Source of the DNA: Amoeboaphelidium occidentale | Lineage: Eukaryota | NCBI GenBank assembly: GCA_023515795.1 | Contig: JALGPX010000104.1 | Location: forward strand, 1-42,128 | DNA: 42,128 bases | Direction: 5' to 3' | In this document: piece by piece, positions 32,476-42,128 of the stretch | Position numbering within the stretch: the stretch's first letter is position 1 | Layout: every line of letters begins with the position of its first letter | Made by a program: the position numbers and the translations under genes | Notes under the pieces: generated by a model | The model's database searches: none | Seen by the model: only the letters and a program-made list of their open reading frames with translations | Told to the model about the DNA's origin: nothing

Positions 32476-34233
32476 ATGTTGAACCATTCCACTAGTACAG
32501 AGTCGTTATCAAAGGAACAGTTGCCTCAGAATCAGAAGCAAGAGCTGCAGCAATCAGACTCAATGAAAGTTAGAGAGGTCAATGCAGGTGACTTTGAACC
32601 AGAGAATCACTTCTATCCAAGAGTACTGAATGCTCAAATACATCCACTGGTGAGCAGCTTCTTTTCTTTGGGCAACGAGCGCATAATCCATCGTTATACG
32701 CATTTGAACCCACAAGTTGATGAAAACTATTTGGCTAAAATTCTGGCTTACAAGCCTCAGTACTTTGCGTGGGCTGGCTGTGATTTGTTCAATGTTACTG
32801 ATGCTGATGGTCGCCGTAATATGATCGTTATTGAAACTAACTCATGTCCTTCTGGTCAGAAATCAATGCCACTTGTTCATGATGATGATGAATTTGGTGG
32901 TTACGGTGTCGTGCTTGACCACACATTTAAAGGCTTGTTGGAGCAGACTGATCCTACAATTGGAGCATTAGCGGTTGTTTACGACAAGAATTACATGGAG
33001 GCTTCTGGTTATGCTGCTGTTATGGCGAGTCTTATGAAGGAACGTGTGCTCTTAGCTGAATTCCATCACGATGATGCAGACCCATGTGTTAAATGGGAAG
33101 ATAAGTTGATGTATGTCAAGGAGAAAGACGGAACATGGATTCCAATTCGTGCATGTTTCAGATATGTCACTCAGAAGCCATGGACTAGATTTCCAGTTTA
33201 CTCTCGTACACTGGTTCTAAATAGTATCGTTTCTTGTTTGGCTGGTGGTAGAAACAAGATGATGGCAGCGCGAGCTTATGAGTTCTACAATGCTGAACTT
33301 GCAACAGAGAAATCTGGATTGCAAATTAAAATTCCTGAAACAATCAGAAATGTCACAAAGAATGAAATTCCTCTGTGGTTAGAGACTATGGGTGGTCATG
33401 CGGTTATCAAAGTTCCATATTCTAATGCTGGTCAAGGAGTTTACACAATTACTAATAAGCAAGAATTAGACGATTTTATGGCTTTGCCTCATCATTACAA
33501 CAAATTTATCGTTCAGAGCTTGGTGGGGAATGCTTCGTGGTCATCTTTGACTAGACAAGGGATGTTCTATCATGTCGGGACGATTCCTAATCGCAAGAAT
33601 CATATTTACGTCTCTGATCTACGAGTTATGGTATCTGGAAATACTTCTACGGGAGGATTTTGTCCTGTAGCTATTTACGCTAGAAAAGCTAGGAAGCCAC
33701 TATTGAAAAATTTAGACGATGATCGATCTATTTCTAGTTGGGAGATGCTCGGGACAAATCTAAGCGTGAAACTTGCCGAAGGTGCTCATTCATGGACTAC
33801 AGAAACTCAGAGACTTGCTTTGATGGATAGAAAAGACTTCAACCAACTAGGACTAGGCGTAGACGATTTAATTGATGCTTATGTTCAGACTGTTCTGTCA
33901 GTTATTGCTATAGACAAGATGTGTCAGAGACTGATGGTAATTTTTTATAATTATCGCAACTAATTTTAGCCTGAGGTATCCAGTACTTCTGTCATAACAC
34001 GACAGCTTAGGTCAAGAGAGGAGGAAGAGGCAGCATTGAAACAAATGAATGCAAAAGACATCAAGAATTACGACACCACAAAGAAAAGCAAAGTTTCTAC
34101 TTTGAAGCAAGAGGAAGTTGATGGTGTGCTTTGTGTCACTGAGGAAGTGTTCTCCCTCAAAAGAAGCTTCGACATGGAATTATTTGAAGCTTTGAATCCG
34201 GACAAGAAATTGATTCAAGAGGTATTGCTATGA
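32476..34233 (+). CDS. Uncharacterised circularly permuted ATP-grasp-type ligase; 2 exons
   Basis: GCDLF...DG...VIETNSCPSG near the N-terminus, then VIKVPYSNAGQGVY, FIVQSLV and SDLRVMV; intron about 33937-33969 joins the two ORFs in frame. Confidence 0.65.
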
Positions 34234-34267
34234 TTCAGGAATTAAATAAATGAGTTCATTTTTCATT

Positions 34268-35092
34268 TTATAGCTTAGACTTGTTGCCGAACAGTTTCTT
34301 CATTGCATATCCAAGTGCTTTAACAATTTCAGGATTATTCAGCATTTTCCATGCTTCTTTAGCTTCTGTTGGACCATAAGCCTCCCATTCATTAGCGAAT
34401 TCCTCTCTCATGAGCCATTTGGTCAATTGTCTTCCTTTATCAGGAAGTTCCAGCACTTGTTTCATTACTTCTTCAGCGCGTGGCAACAACGCTTCTTCGC
34501 CACCAGATTCAACTTCATGAACAAGTCCCATTTGTAAAGCTTCTTCAGCAGGAAACATTTTACCGGTTATTAAACCAAACTCAGAGCGTTGAGAAACTTT
34601 CAGCATCAATTGAGCCCAAAATTTTGGTACAAGAATCCCAATTCCAACTTCGTTTAAACCAATAGAAGAACCATCCAGCATGACCCGGTAATCACAACAC
34701 AATGCCAGACCACATCCTCCTGCAGGAACATATCCTCTTAACGCGGCAATTGTAACTAAAGGCGACTTGTACAATCTAGCAAGGAAATTTGTTTGAAGGA
34801 TCCAAAAGTCATAGTATCGCTCTTGTGTAGTCTTTGGGGCGTACAATTCCATCAAGTCATTACCAGCCGTAAAAATAGGTTTCGAAAGACATGAGTAGAA
34901 GATAAGGCCTCTAATCTTGTTTTCCGGACGTTCACAAACCTCAAGCGTCTTGGTAAGCTCACTCCACAAGTTCTTGGTCATAGCATTGACCGGTGCATTG
35001 TTAAGACCAAGCAACAGATAAGAGCCTTGTTTAACTGGCCTTAAAGTAAGTTTCAGTAGTTTTAGCGTAGAAAGTTCTACAGGGAGTGACAT
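34268..35092 (-). CDS. Enoyl-CoA delta isomerase (crotonase family), peroxisomal PTS1
   Basis: PVNAM, IFTAGNDL, PAGGCGLALCCDYR and IGLNEV; C-terminal SKL. Confidence 0.9.
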   Translation of the reverse strand: MSLPVELSTLKLLKLTLRPVKQGSYLLLGLNNAPVNAMTKNLWSELTKTLEVCERPENKIRGLIFYSCLSKPIFTAGNDLMELYAPKTTQERYYDFWILQTNFLARLYKSPLVTIAALRGYVPAGGCGLALCCDYRVMLDGSSIGLNEVGIGILVPKFWAQLMLKVSQRSEFGLITGKMFPAEEALQMGLVHEVESGGEEALLPRAEEVMKQVLELPDKGRQLTKWLMREEFANEWEAYGPTEAKEAWKMLNNPEIVKALGYAMKKLFGNKSKL

Positions 35093-35137
35093 TCAAGAGT
35101 TGTTTCACACTCAGAAACTGCGCCGGATACTCACGTT

Positions 35138-35153
35138 CAGCGTAAAATTCAAA
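35138..35153. repeat. Direct repeat copy 1, CAGCGTAAAATTCAAA
   Basis: Identical to 37008-37023; similarity continues imperfectly (TAATCT..CT...GATAAT). Confidence 0.8.
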
Positions 35154-35229
35154 TATCTGCTGTAATCTGCTCAAAGATAATAAATAACCCCTTCTCAATA
35201 AAGAACGCTTTTATTTAAAGAAAATCCTT

Positions 35230-36903
35230 TCATGCCGACAAATTTCTATGAGGCGTTGTCAAATAAGATATTTCGCCATTGACTACAAGAGCTCTTACTT
35301 TCAACCCAGAATTCTTCCCATGGTTAACTTGGATATTCTTACCGTTCAACATTGCCTTCGCAACTTTCGATGAGCACTCTTGACGTGAATAGACCAACTG
35401 TTTTGAATCATTATAGCTGAGCTTTTCTAGTATTGCGGATTCGCTAGTAATGAGAGAAATATGTTCAGTAGATTCATGCCCGGCTCTTCGAGCCAAACTC
35501 CATAAGTAACCAGGCAAAGCATCATAATTAGAACCATAAGATAAAAATTTTAGATTCGAAATGCCTATGTTGTTCTTTCGACCCTCAAATTCCTGTACAT
35601 CTCTCTGATTAACCAAAGCGAAATGAGGGTTCTCTGGATACAGGCGATCCAAAATTCTGAATGCAGCAGAGAAATGCTCATCGAAAATTCCCTCCCCACA
35701 GCCAATAAATAATAAGGAGCGACATTCGTTCCCCAATTCCAAAATGTGGAACAAAGCTTCAAGAAATGACAGAAAATTCTTTTTGTATTCAGATGCGGCA
35801 AGAACAAAGCTCGCTGGTTCGGAATATACACCATGAAGATGATAGACAAGCCTGTTATGTCGATCATAAAGCTTTTCATTCTTTGCAAACTTGTGATTTG
35901 GGAGATTAATGTAATGTCTATCAAGACATTCTTCCAATGTGGTATCATAGTTGGTAGTAGATATTGGAGCTTTTAAAGCATTGATGGCCTCACATAAAGG
36001 CATTTCACAAAGGTCCATAGATTTCTTTGCTGGCCGGATTGATCTGTAACGTTGGTGCACAAAAGCTTGTAAATCAATAGGACTTTGAGAAACTTTTAAA
36101 AAATTAATAATATTATCAGAAATCAAGGTTAAATCCAAACCATCAACAACATCTTTACTATTTAGAGGCTTGTCAAGAAAAGCTTCAACGTCCTCTAGAA
36201 GCAATTTGATTAAGTTACTCCATGTCATTGCTTCCTTATGTTCTGGCTCGACCACGGCGACTGAAACACCAGAACCAACAACAATAGTTATCTTTTTGTT
36301 TTTTAGCAAATTGTCGAGTACATCTGCGTCTTTCTCTTCTAGGATATTATTCTTTGGTGTTGACGTGTTGCTATTCTTCTGACGGTCCAGGATAATCCGA
36401 AAGATTGAGTCAATATTTTCTTTTGATGAATTATCTTGAGTCAACGAGTCCAAAATCAACCTTAAAGTCTTTAAATTTTCCGTCTCGTTCTGAGGGAGAT
36501 AATCGTTCAACTTAGTGGTTAAGTTGTAACTCTGAACAAAAAGAATAACCAAAATCTTATCAACATCGGGATCTGTGAACATGGTGGCATACTTCGACAT
36601 GAAGCCCTCAGACCATTTCTTATTATCGCCTGTAAACTGATTATATTTAGTACTTGGCCCTGGGACATTGTTAGAAAGTCCTAACTCTACGGACAAAGGA
36701 TTTTTATAATCAATAATAAAAGCGGTTAGCAGCCGGTTAAGATCCTGGGGTTCCAACAGCAGGTCTTTGTCCAAAAATTCTCTCATTTTGTCGCCACTGC
36801 TTCTGAACGAGCCATCAACTGCTGCTAAGAGTTTCTTCAAGTCATCTTCGGTGGCATAGCGCTGGATGACATCTGCTTTTCTTTTTCCTGCTTTGGGTCT
36901 CAT
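35230..36903 (-). CDS. SIR2_2-domain protein, FAM118/SIRal-like putative NADase with an unknown N-terminal domain
   Basis: Intronless 557 aa; IVVGSGVS...TWSNLI, ISTTNYD, VYHLHGVY, SLLFIGCG, HFALV and SYGSNYDALPGYL. Confidence 0.85.
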   Translation of the reverse strand: MRPKAGKRKADVIQRYATEDDLKKLLAAVDGSFRSSGDKMREFLDKDLLLEPQDLNRLLTAFIIDYKNPLSVELGLSNNVPGPSTKYNQFTGDNKKWSEGFMSKYATMFTDPDVDKILVILFVQSYNLTTKLNDYLPQNETENLKTLRLILDSLTQDNSSKENIDSIFRIILDRQKNSNTSTPKNNILEEKDADVLDNLLKNKKITIVVGSGVSVAVVEPEHKEAMTWSNLIKLLLEDVEAFLDKPLNSKDVVDGLDLTLISDNIINFLKVSQSPIDLQAFVHQRYRSIRPAKKSMDLCEMPLCEAINALKAPISTTNYDTTLEECLDRHYINLPNHKFAKNEKLYDRHNRLVYHLHGVYSEPASFVLAASEYKKNFLSFLEALFHILELGNECRSLLFIGCGEGIFDEHFSAAFRILDRLYPENPHFALVNQRDVQEFEGRKNNIGISNLKFLSYGSNYDALPGYLWSLARRAGHESTEHISLITSESAILEKLSYNDSKQLVYSRQECSSKVAKAMLNGKNIQVNHGKNSGLKVRALVVNGEISYLTTPHRNLSA

Positions 36904-37007
36904 TAAAGCTCTTAAAGATTAATCTAGAAAGCTTTGTTTTCACCTTTGGAGTATTGATTGTTGACGATTTACGAAATCTCGTTTCGAAAAAGAAAGATGT
37001 TTCAGAG

Positions 37008-37023
37008 CAGCGTAAAATTCAAA
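37008..37023. repeat. Direct repeat copy 2, CAGCGTAAAATTCAAA
   Basis: Identical to 35138-35153. Confidence 0.8.
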
Positions 37024-37101
37024 GCTTCACATAATCTCTCTACGATAATTCCAGCAAAATTACAAATTTATTGACAGCGTAACCACAAATCGCCCATAAA
37101 C

Positions 37102-39424
37102 TCAAGCACAGTGATATACCTTGGCGACAGAATCTGCACCACATGTCGCCAACCATGAGCTTCCTCCACTAACAGAGCTGCCTTGATTCTGAGATGGAGC
37201 TATCAAACGAGGATGAAACTTGACTGAATGTATTGCTTCATCAAACTTCTTTCGATGACTTGTAAATTCTTGCAAACAGGTTTTAGTGGATATATCCCAT
37301 GCCCTAGTACTAGAATCATGACCTAAAGATTAAGAACTGTCTTTAAGGAATGAATTACCTCCCGATACTAGAACAAGACCATTAGGTGAAATGTCCATGC
37401 AAGAGACAGCATCCAAGTGAGCAACCATAGAAGTAACAGTATCTTCATTTCGAGGATCAAAGAATCGAATGTGCTTATCCTCGTGTCCAGTGATCACCAT
37501 TGGTAGGGTTTGATGACAAATAACCTTGTTAATCTGGGTTGCAGTGGTTCCATCATAAGTTGATTTAGCCTTTTGGAATCTACCGGTTTCAGCTCCCGTA
37601 TTCACATCAAACAGAACCAATGACGAGTCTGAATATGAGATAACCAATTTGCTGAGATCAGTGTGTAGAAAATCCATGCTTGTTGGGATAGCAGATGTCT
37701 TAATACTCACGATAGCTTTTGGAGGATTGTTAAAGGAATCAGTTGAAAAATCATTGATATTCCACAATTTTACAAATCCATCAGAAGATAAAGTGGCTAG
37801 CAAAGGCTTCAATGGATGCATTTTGATCTCCCAGATGCAATCATCAGAAGCCATAAACTTGCATAATGCGTAGCGTTTGTAGTCGTACTTCGAGTATGCC
37901 TGGGTATTTTTCTCTGGAAGAGACCACAATCTCACTAGGCCATCAGCACCTGCACTATAAAGCAAGCCATTCTGACAACTACAAAATGTTAGCCCAAAGA
38001 TCTTCAAGCATACCTTTCTGTAGAAAAGTTGTCTGGCGCACTTTCTGAAATCAGACAAGAATAAACTGGTCCTGAATGGCCTCTGTAAGTGTAAATCGGT
38101 TCAATGTCCATTGGTGGCTTCTTCATATTTCCATAAGATTCAAGGCTCCAGTATTTAATCATGGAATCTTCGCCACAAGTAATGAGGCTCAAATCATTCG
38201 GGTGGAATGCAACATTCGTAACAGAGTCCAAATGGGACTTGAGGGTCAATTTGGGTTTCCAGCTTCTTGGCGCCGAGTCAGCGGCTGAAGCTGCAGAATC
38301 ACTCTTCGACACCAGATCCGCTGATGCTGCAGTAGTGTTTGACTCAACAGATAAATCAGCAAGTTCTCCTGACAATACAGCAGAATTGGATCCGAAGCTT
38401 CCCCCATTCATAGATGCACCTGGCCCGATAACTGTTCTCCTATTGTTCTTTTTCAATGAGGCGTCCATTTGCTTCATCATTTTAGGAGGAAGTATAACAG
38501 TTTCACTACCTTCCATACCATTCCCAGATGAGAACATGTTTTCCCAGGCTGACTTGGTTCCTTCCGACGGTGCCTCTTTTTTAACATTTCCAGATGGAGC
38601 AGCGGGAGTAGAATCAGAAGGAACAGAACTAGAAGTAAAATCTGAAGACAAGTCATTATCATCCGTTGATTTTAGAGCAGGAACAAACATATTCTTCAAA
38701 GCATTCTTCTCTTCATTGGCCTGTTGTTGCTGTTGTTGTTTTGCACTGAGCATGAGCATAGGAGCTTGCCCCTCATTAAAATTAATTGTGTTATACTTTC
38801 CAGATGATGCAGCACCAGATCCTTTGCTATTGCTGCTGTTGAAACGCAAAGAATTAAATCTCCATTCTCCACCAGGAACTGAACTTAATGAATCTGAGTA
38901 ACCAACTTCTTGCAAGTACTGTTTCAGAAGCTCTCTGGTCTTTGAAGAAGTATTCCTTTTCGTTGTAGAAAGGTTCAGTGTCGAATACTTGTCTTTTAAA
39001 CTGAGCGGAGCTTGCAGTTGCGCTTGAGATTGTGCATCAGCCGGAGCAGATCCCAATTGTACTTGGCCAGATTCTCCAACAGCAGAAAGAGCAGAAGTTG
39101 ACACATTCTGACCAGCAGATTTCAAATACTTTGCTCTTTCTTGTTTCAAGGCATATTCCAACATTTTAACTCTCTTCAGCAAATCGGTCTTGAGCACTTC
39201 GAATCCCCTCTTTTCACCCTCTAATTGCGCAACCTTGGCCTACAGTAGAAGCAAACGGTATTAACTGGTTGATCATTGCTTTAGGTTGATACCTTTAATT
39301 CTTGTTTTTCAATCTCCCATTGGCTCCTCTCCATCTCAAATTGCCGCCACTCATTGTGCAGGAAGTGTAGAATCTGCGGAAACGAAAGATTTGATGCAGG
39401 CGAAAGTGCAGAATTGTTGTCCAT
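37102..39424 (-). CDS. Striatin (STRIPAK scaffold; Far8/Pro11 homolog); 4 exons
   Basis: N-terminal ILHFLHNEWRQFEMERSQWEIEKQELK...KVAQLEGEKRG...DLLKRVKMLEYALKQER; C-terminal WD40s (LKSHLDSV, EPIYTYRGH, SHRKKFDEAI). Confidence 0.93.
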
Positions 39425-40011
39425 TTAAGCTATTTTAATTCGGACAGTTTCCTTCTGTTAACTTTGTTGACGCTTTTGAAGATCAAGCGAAATTGTTGCA
39501 GCGAGCGAAACAAAGAGAAGCAGCTGTTTCACAAAATAACTCTTACTTATCACGCCGATATTTTAAAAAGCTGTATATTAAGCGTTCGCACTGTAATGTG
39601 CAGAAGGAAGATGTAGCGACCTGTAGATACGCCAGATGGTAACTCAAACCCTAGTCTAAAAATTAAGCTAATGAAACAATCTTAACTGTCACAGTCATAG
39701 CTACCCATTTTGAGTCCTTTTGTTTCAATTAGCCTGGCTCATCGTGTCTTTGGAGCTGGTGAAAGCTGGCGGTGCATAGCGTTGCCTTATGCCAAAGGAA
39801 ATGCACTCAAAAGTACTTATCCGTGACTTTCATTGACTTAATAATATAACAGCACAGTATACACAAAGTATGCCAAACTTGGATGTTGAAACAGGGACAG
39901 TTTTGTTTTGTGTGCACTCTATTTGCGCCGGACGCAAACCCTTGGCGATCAAATGATAGGATCTCAAAAGTGACTTCACACATTCTTTTTTTTTTTAAAA
40001 GATTAACTCTA

Positions 40012-41851
40012 ATGCCAAACTTAGCTACAAGATATATCTATGCTTTTATTGTTATCCCGCTAGCAGCTCTCGTGTTTTCCTTGACGACTATTATGTTTAT
40101 CAAGCTTGCCTTGGCGTGTGTGCGTATCAAGGGACCAGATCAGAAGGAGAATTCTTTGGAGGCAATTTGTGGTCATAAAATTGAATTATATTTGGCTGCT
40201 GCTCTCGTCACCTTGCAAGGCCTTGGCGGATTAACGTATCTCTATTCCTCATTCTTCCCATTCCGCGCTGCTTTTGAAGATGTTGTGACTACGAAACACA
40301 CACTCAACAAGCTACTGTACATTGTATGGATGGTAGTCGTATTTGTACTGTCGTGTATTTGGGTATTATTTCCTTCGGTGTCTGGTGTTATTGTTGGTCT
40401 TTTCAATAACGGAATCTTCTTGTACACGCTTGTTATTGTCCCTTTGATATGGCGCTATTTTGTATCCGTTGAGAGACTGCGAAATATATTTCTTACTAGG
40501 ATGGAACATTCTTGGGTTTGCTGTGATAAGGAGCTTACGATTCGGAATCTCAAACATTTGAGTTTCATCGAGTTTGGCATTCTGCTAACGGTGTTGGTAA
40601 TTTCTGTCTGTACTTGGATATTGGTGACTTTGAGGCGTGACTACACACCTCTGGTCTGTGGTCCCTTGATTCTTATCGCTTATGGTTTTTATCGTGAACG
40701 CAGAAAGCACTACTTCCATGATTTTGCTTACGTTTGGTTCATTGTATTCCAGCCAACTATTGAAATTAATCTTTTGTTCTCTGCATTTGGCTACATGTTT
40801 AGTCTCTGGACTGAAAGGAACTGGCAGATGCAGTATATTGTTCTTTGTCTATCGAACCTATACATTTTGTTGATGGCTAGAATAGTTCAAAAGGCTGCAA
40901 GTTACGTTACTGATGATCAATTTACTATCGTGGCATTGACGTTTCCTTCGAGATTTATTCAGATGATATTTCAGTATTTGATCATTTTTTCTGTCGACAT
41001 TCTTCTAAATGCTCATTTCTGGATAAGTTTGGCGATCGTCTTTATATTCAATACAGTTGACATGAATTTGCTAATTTATGACATGTACTCTAACTTGTGG
41101 AAAAGGCTTTTGAACATCGTTCGAGGAAAGCAAGGGCTTGGTGCGGCTGAACTTGGAGTGGCTGGTGTTGACAGTTCTTTCCAAACAGATTTCGATGAGA
41201 ATAATGACAATGATGACGAGAGTGCTAATCAAACTGTGCTAGAGTTAGATATATTGACCAAGTTTCTTCATATTCTCCAAATGAAAAGTTACACGATGTT
41301 TTTAGTGCCTTTGATTGTTGTGTTGTGGTTCATGTTAGACTATTATATAGATTTGAATCCCTACGATGGAACCGCCGAGTGCACTTACTCTTGTCAATTT
41401 GAGAATCAAGTCTTTAAATCTATTTTTATCCTTTACAGGTATCTTGCAATTGTTGGCTGTTACATTGTAACGATCCTTATATCTATTATTACATGGAAAC
41501 TCGCAGTTCGTATTATAATTCAAAGATATCCTAGAATCAAAGAAGTTTTGGACAATAGGGACTTAATCGATAATGCAATTGAACGCTTAAAAGAAAAGTT
41601 GCCTCCTAATCCTAAACCTGAAGCCGCCAGAAAGTATCGAATCGAACAGGAGTATCTAACAAAACAGATAGAGCTAAAACGTATTCTTACGGTATGTTTG
41701 AAGCAAATCAAGCTAATTTTTTAAGGGTCGTCTCTCAGGTCTGTGGGGCGACAGAAAACTTGTTATTTACATAATCGCTTCCATGTCGTTTATCATCTTT
41801 CACACCTTGCTTCGTATTGCCTCTCGAGTCTCTGCGAGTCGTACAAAGTGA
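40012..41851 (+). CDS. Uncharacterised polytopic membrane protein (about 12 or more TM segments); start uncertain
   Basis: Long hydrophobic ORF; a 3' intron (gtatgt...gctaat...aag, about 41692-41725) adds exon GRLSGLWGDRKLVIYIIASMSFIIFHTLLRIASRVSASRTK*. Confidence 0.7.
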
Positions 41852-42128
41852 TTGAAACAAGTGTATCTTGCTTAATAATTTATTGGATGCCGTAGTGATA
41901 TTAATTAAAACATATTTTTATTGAGTTGTGCATGGTTGATTTCTATTTACGATGTAGATGTTGAAATCTGCTGTTCTTGCGACGGAACAAACAAACATTC
42001 TATTAGACCATCATAATCCTCTCACAACCATGTCAAACAATACCATCAGACGATACCACCTTACTGCCCCTGCTGGCGGAAAAAGAACTTGACAACTTCA
42101 TCTGCGGTGAGAAAGGCATCATCCAGAT

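Noticed and set aside
38161..38901. 246-aa plus-strand ORF and similar antisense ORFs (e.g. 16265-16816, 2262-2564)
   Set aside because: Shadow frames of well-supported genes on the opposite strand
39645..39655. CAAACCCTAG as a telomerase RNA template beside the structured element
   Set aside because: Not a 1.5-repeat permutation of TTAGGG or TTTAGGG; the same AAACCCTAG occurs at about 7293, so it is more likely a promoter motif or chance
41900..42128. Possible partial gene at the right edge
   Set aside because: Short frames on both strands with no recognisable motif; cannot be supported

Overview
Very gene-dense eukaryotic genomic DNA using the standard genetic code (TAA, TAG and TGA all terminate conserved genes). 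I find about 29 protein-coding genes, many split by short (about 33-55 nt) spliceosomal introns, with intergenic gaps often under 80 nt. Fungal-type mitoribosomal proteins (SOD-fold mS42/mS43-like, uL5m) occur with parvin, Rab2, HAUS4-like, FAN-like and complex I subunit genes, which suggests an early-diverging fungus or fungal relative (aphelid/chytrid-like); this is inference. Main points of interest: (1) a decayed Fanzor/TnpB-like ORF remnant followed by a multi-hairpin candidate omegaRNA just upstream of TBP; (2) an intronless FAM118/SIRal-like SIR2-domain gene bracketed by a duplicated spacer; (3) unusually long introns folded into long stems, including a GC-AG intron in RPL23; (4) a tandem pair of type-I membrane proteins with extracellular WD40-like propellers and a conserved Tyr motif; (5) a circularly permuted ATP-grasp ligase. 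Four N gaps have duplicated flanks that look like uncollapsed haplotypes. All gene models were spliced by eye and no database searches were run.
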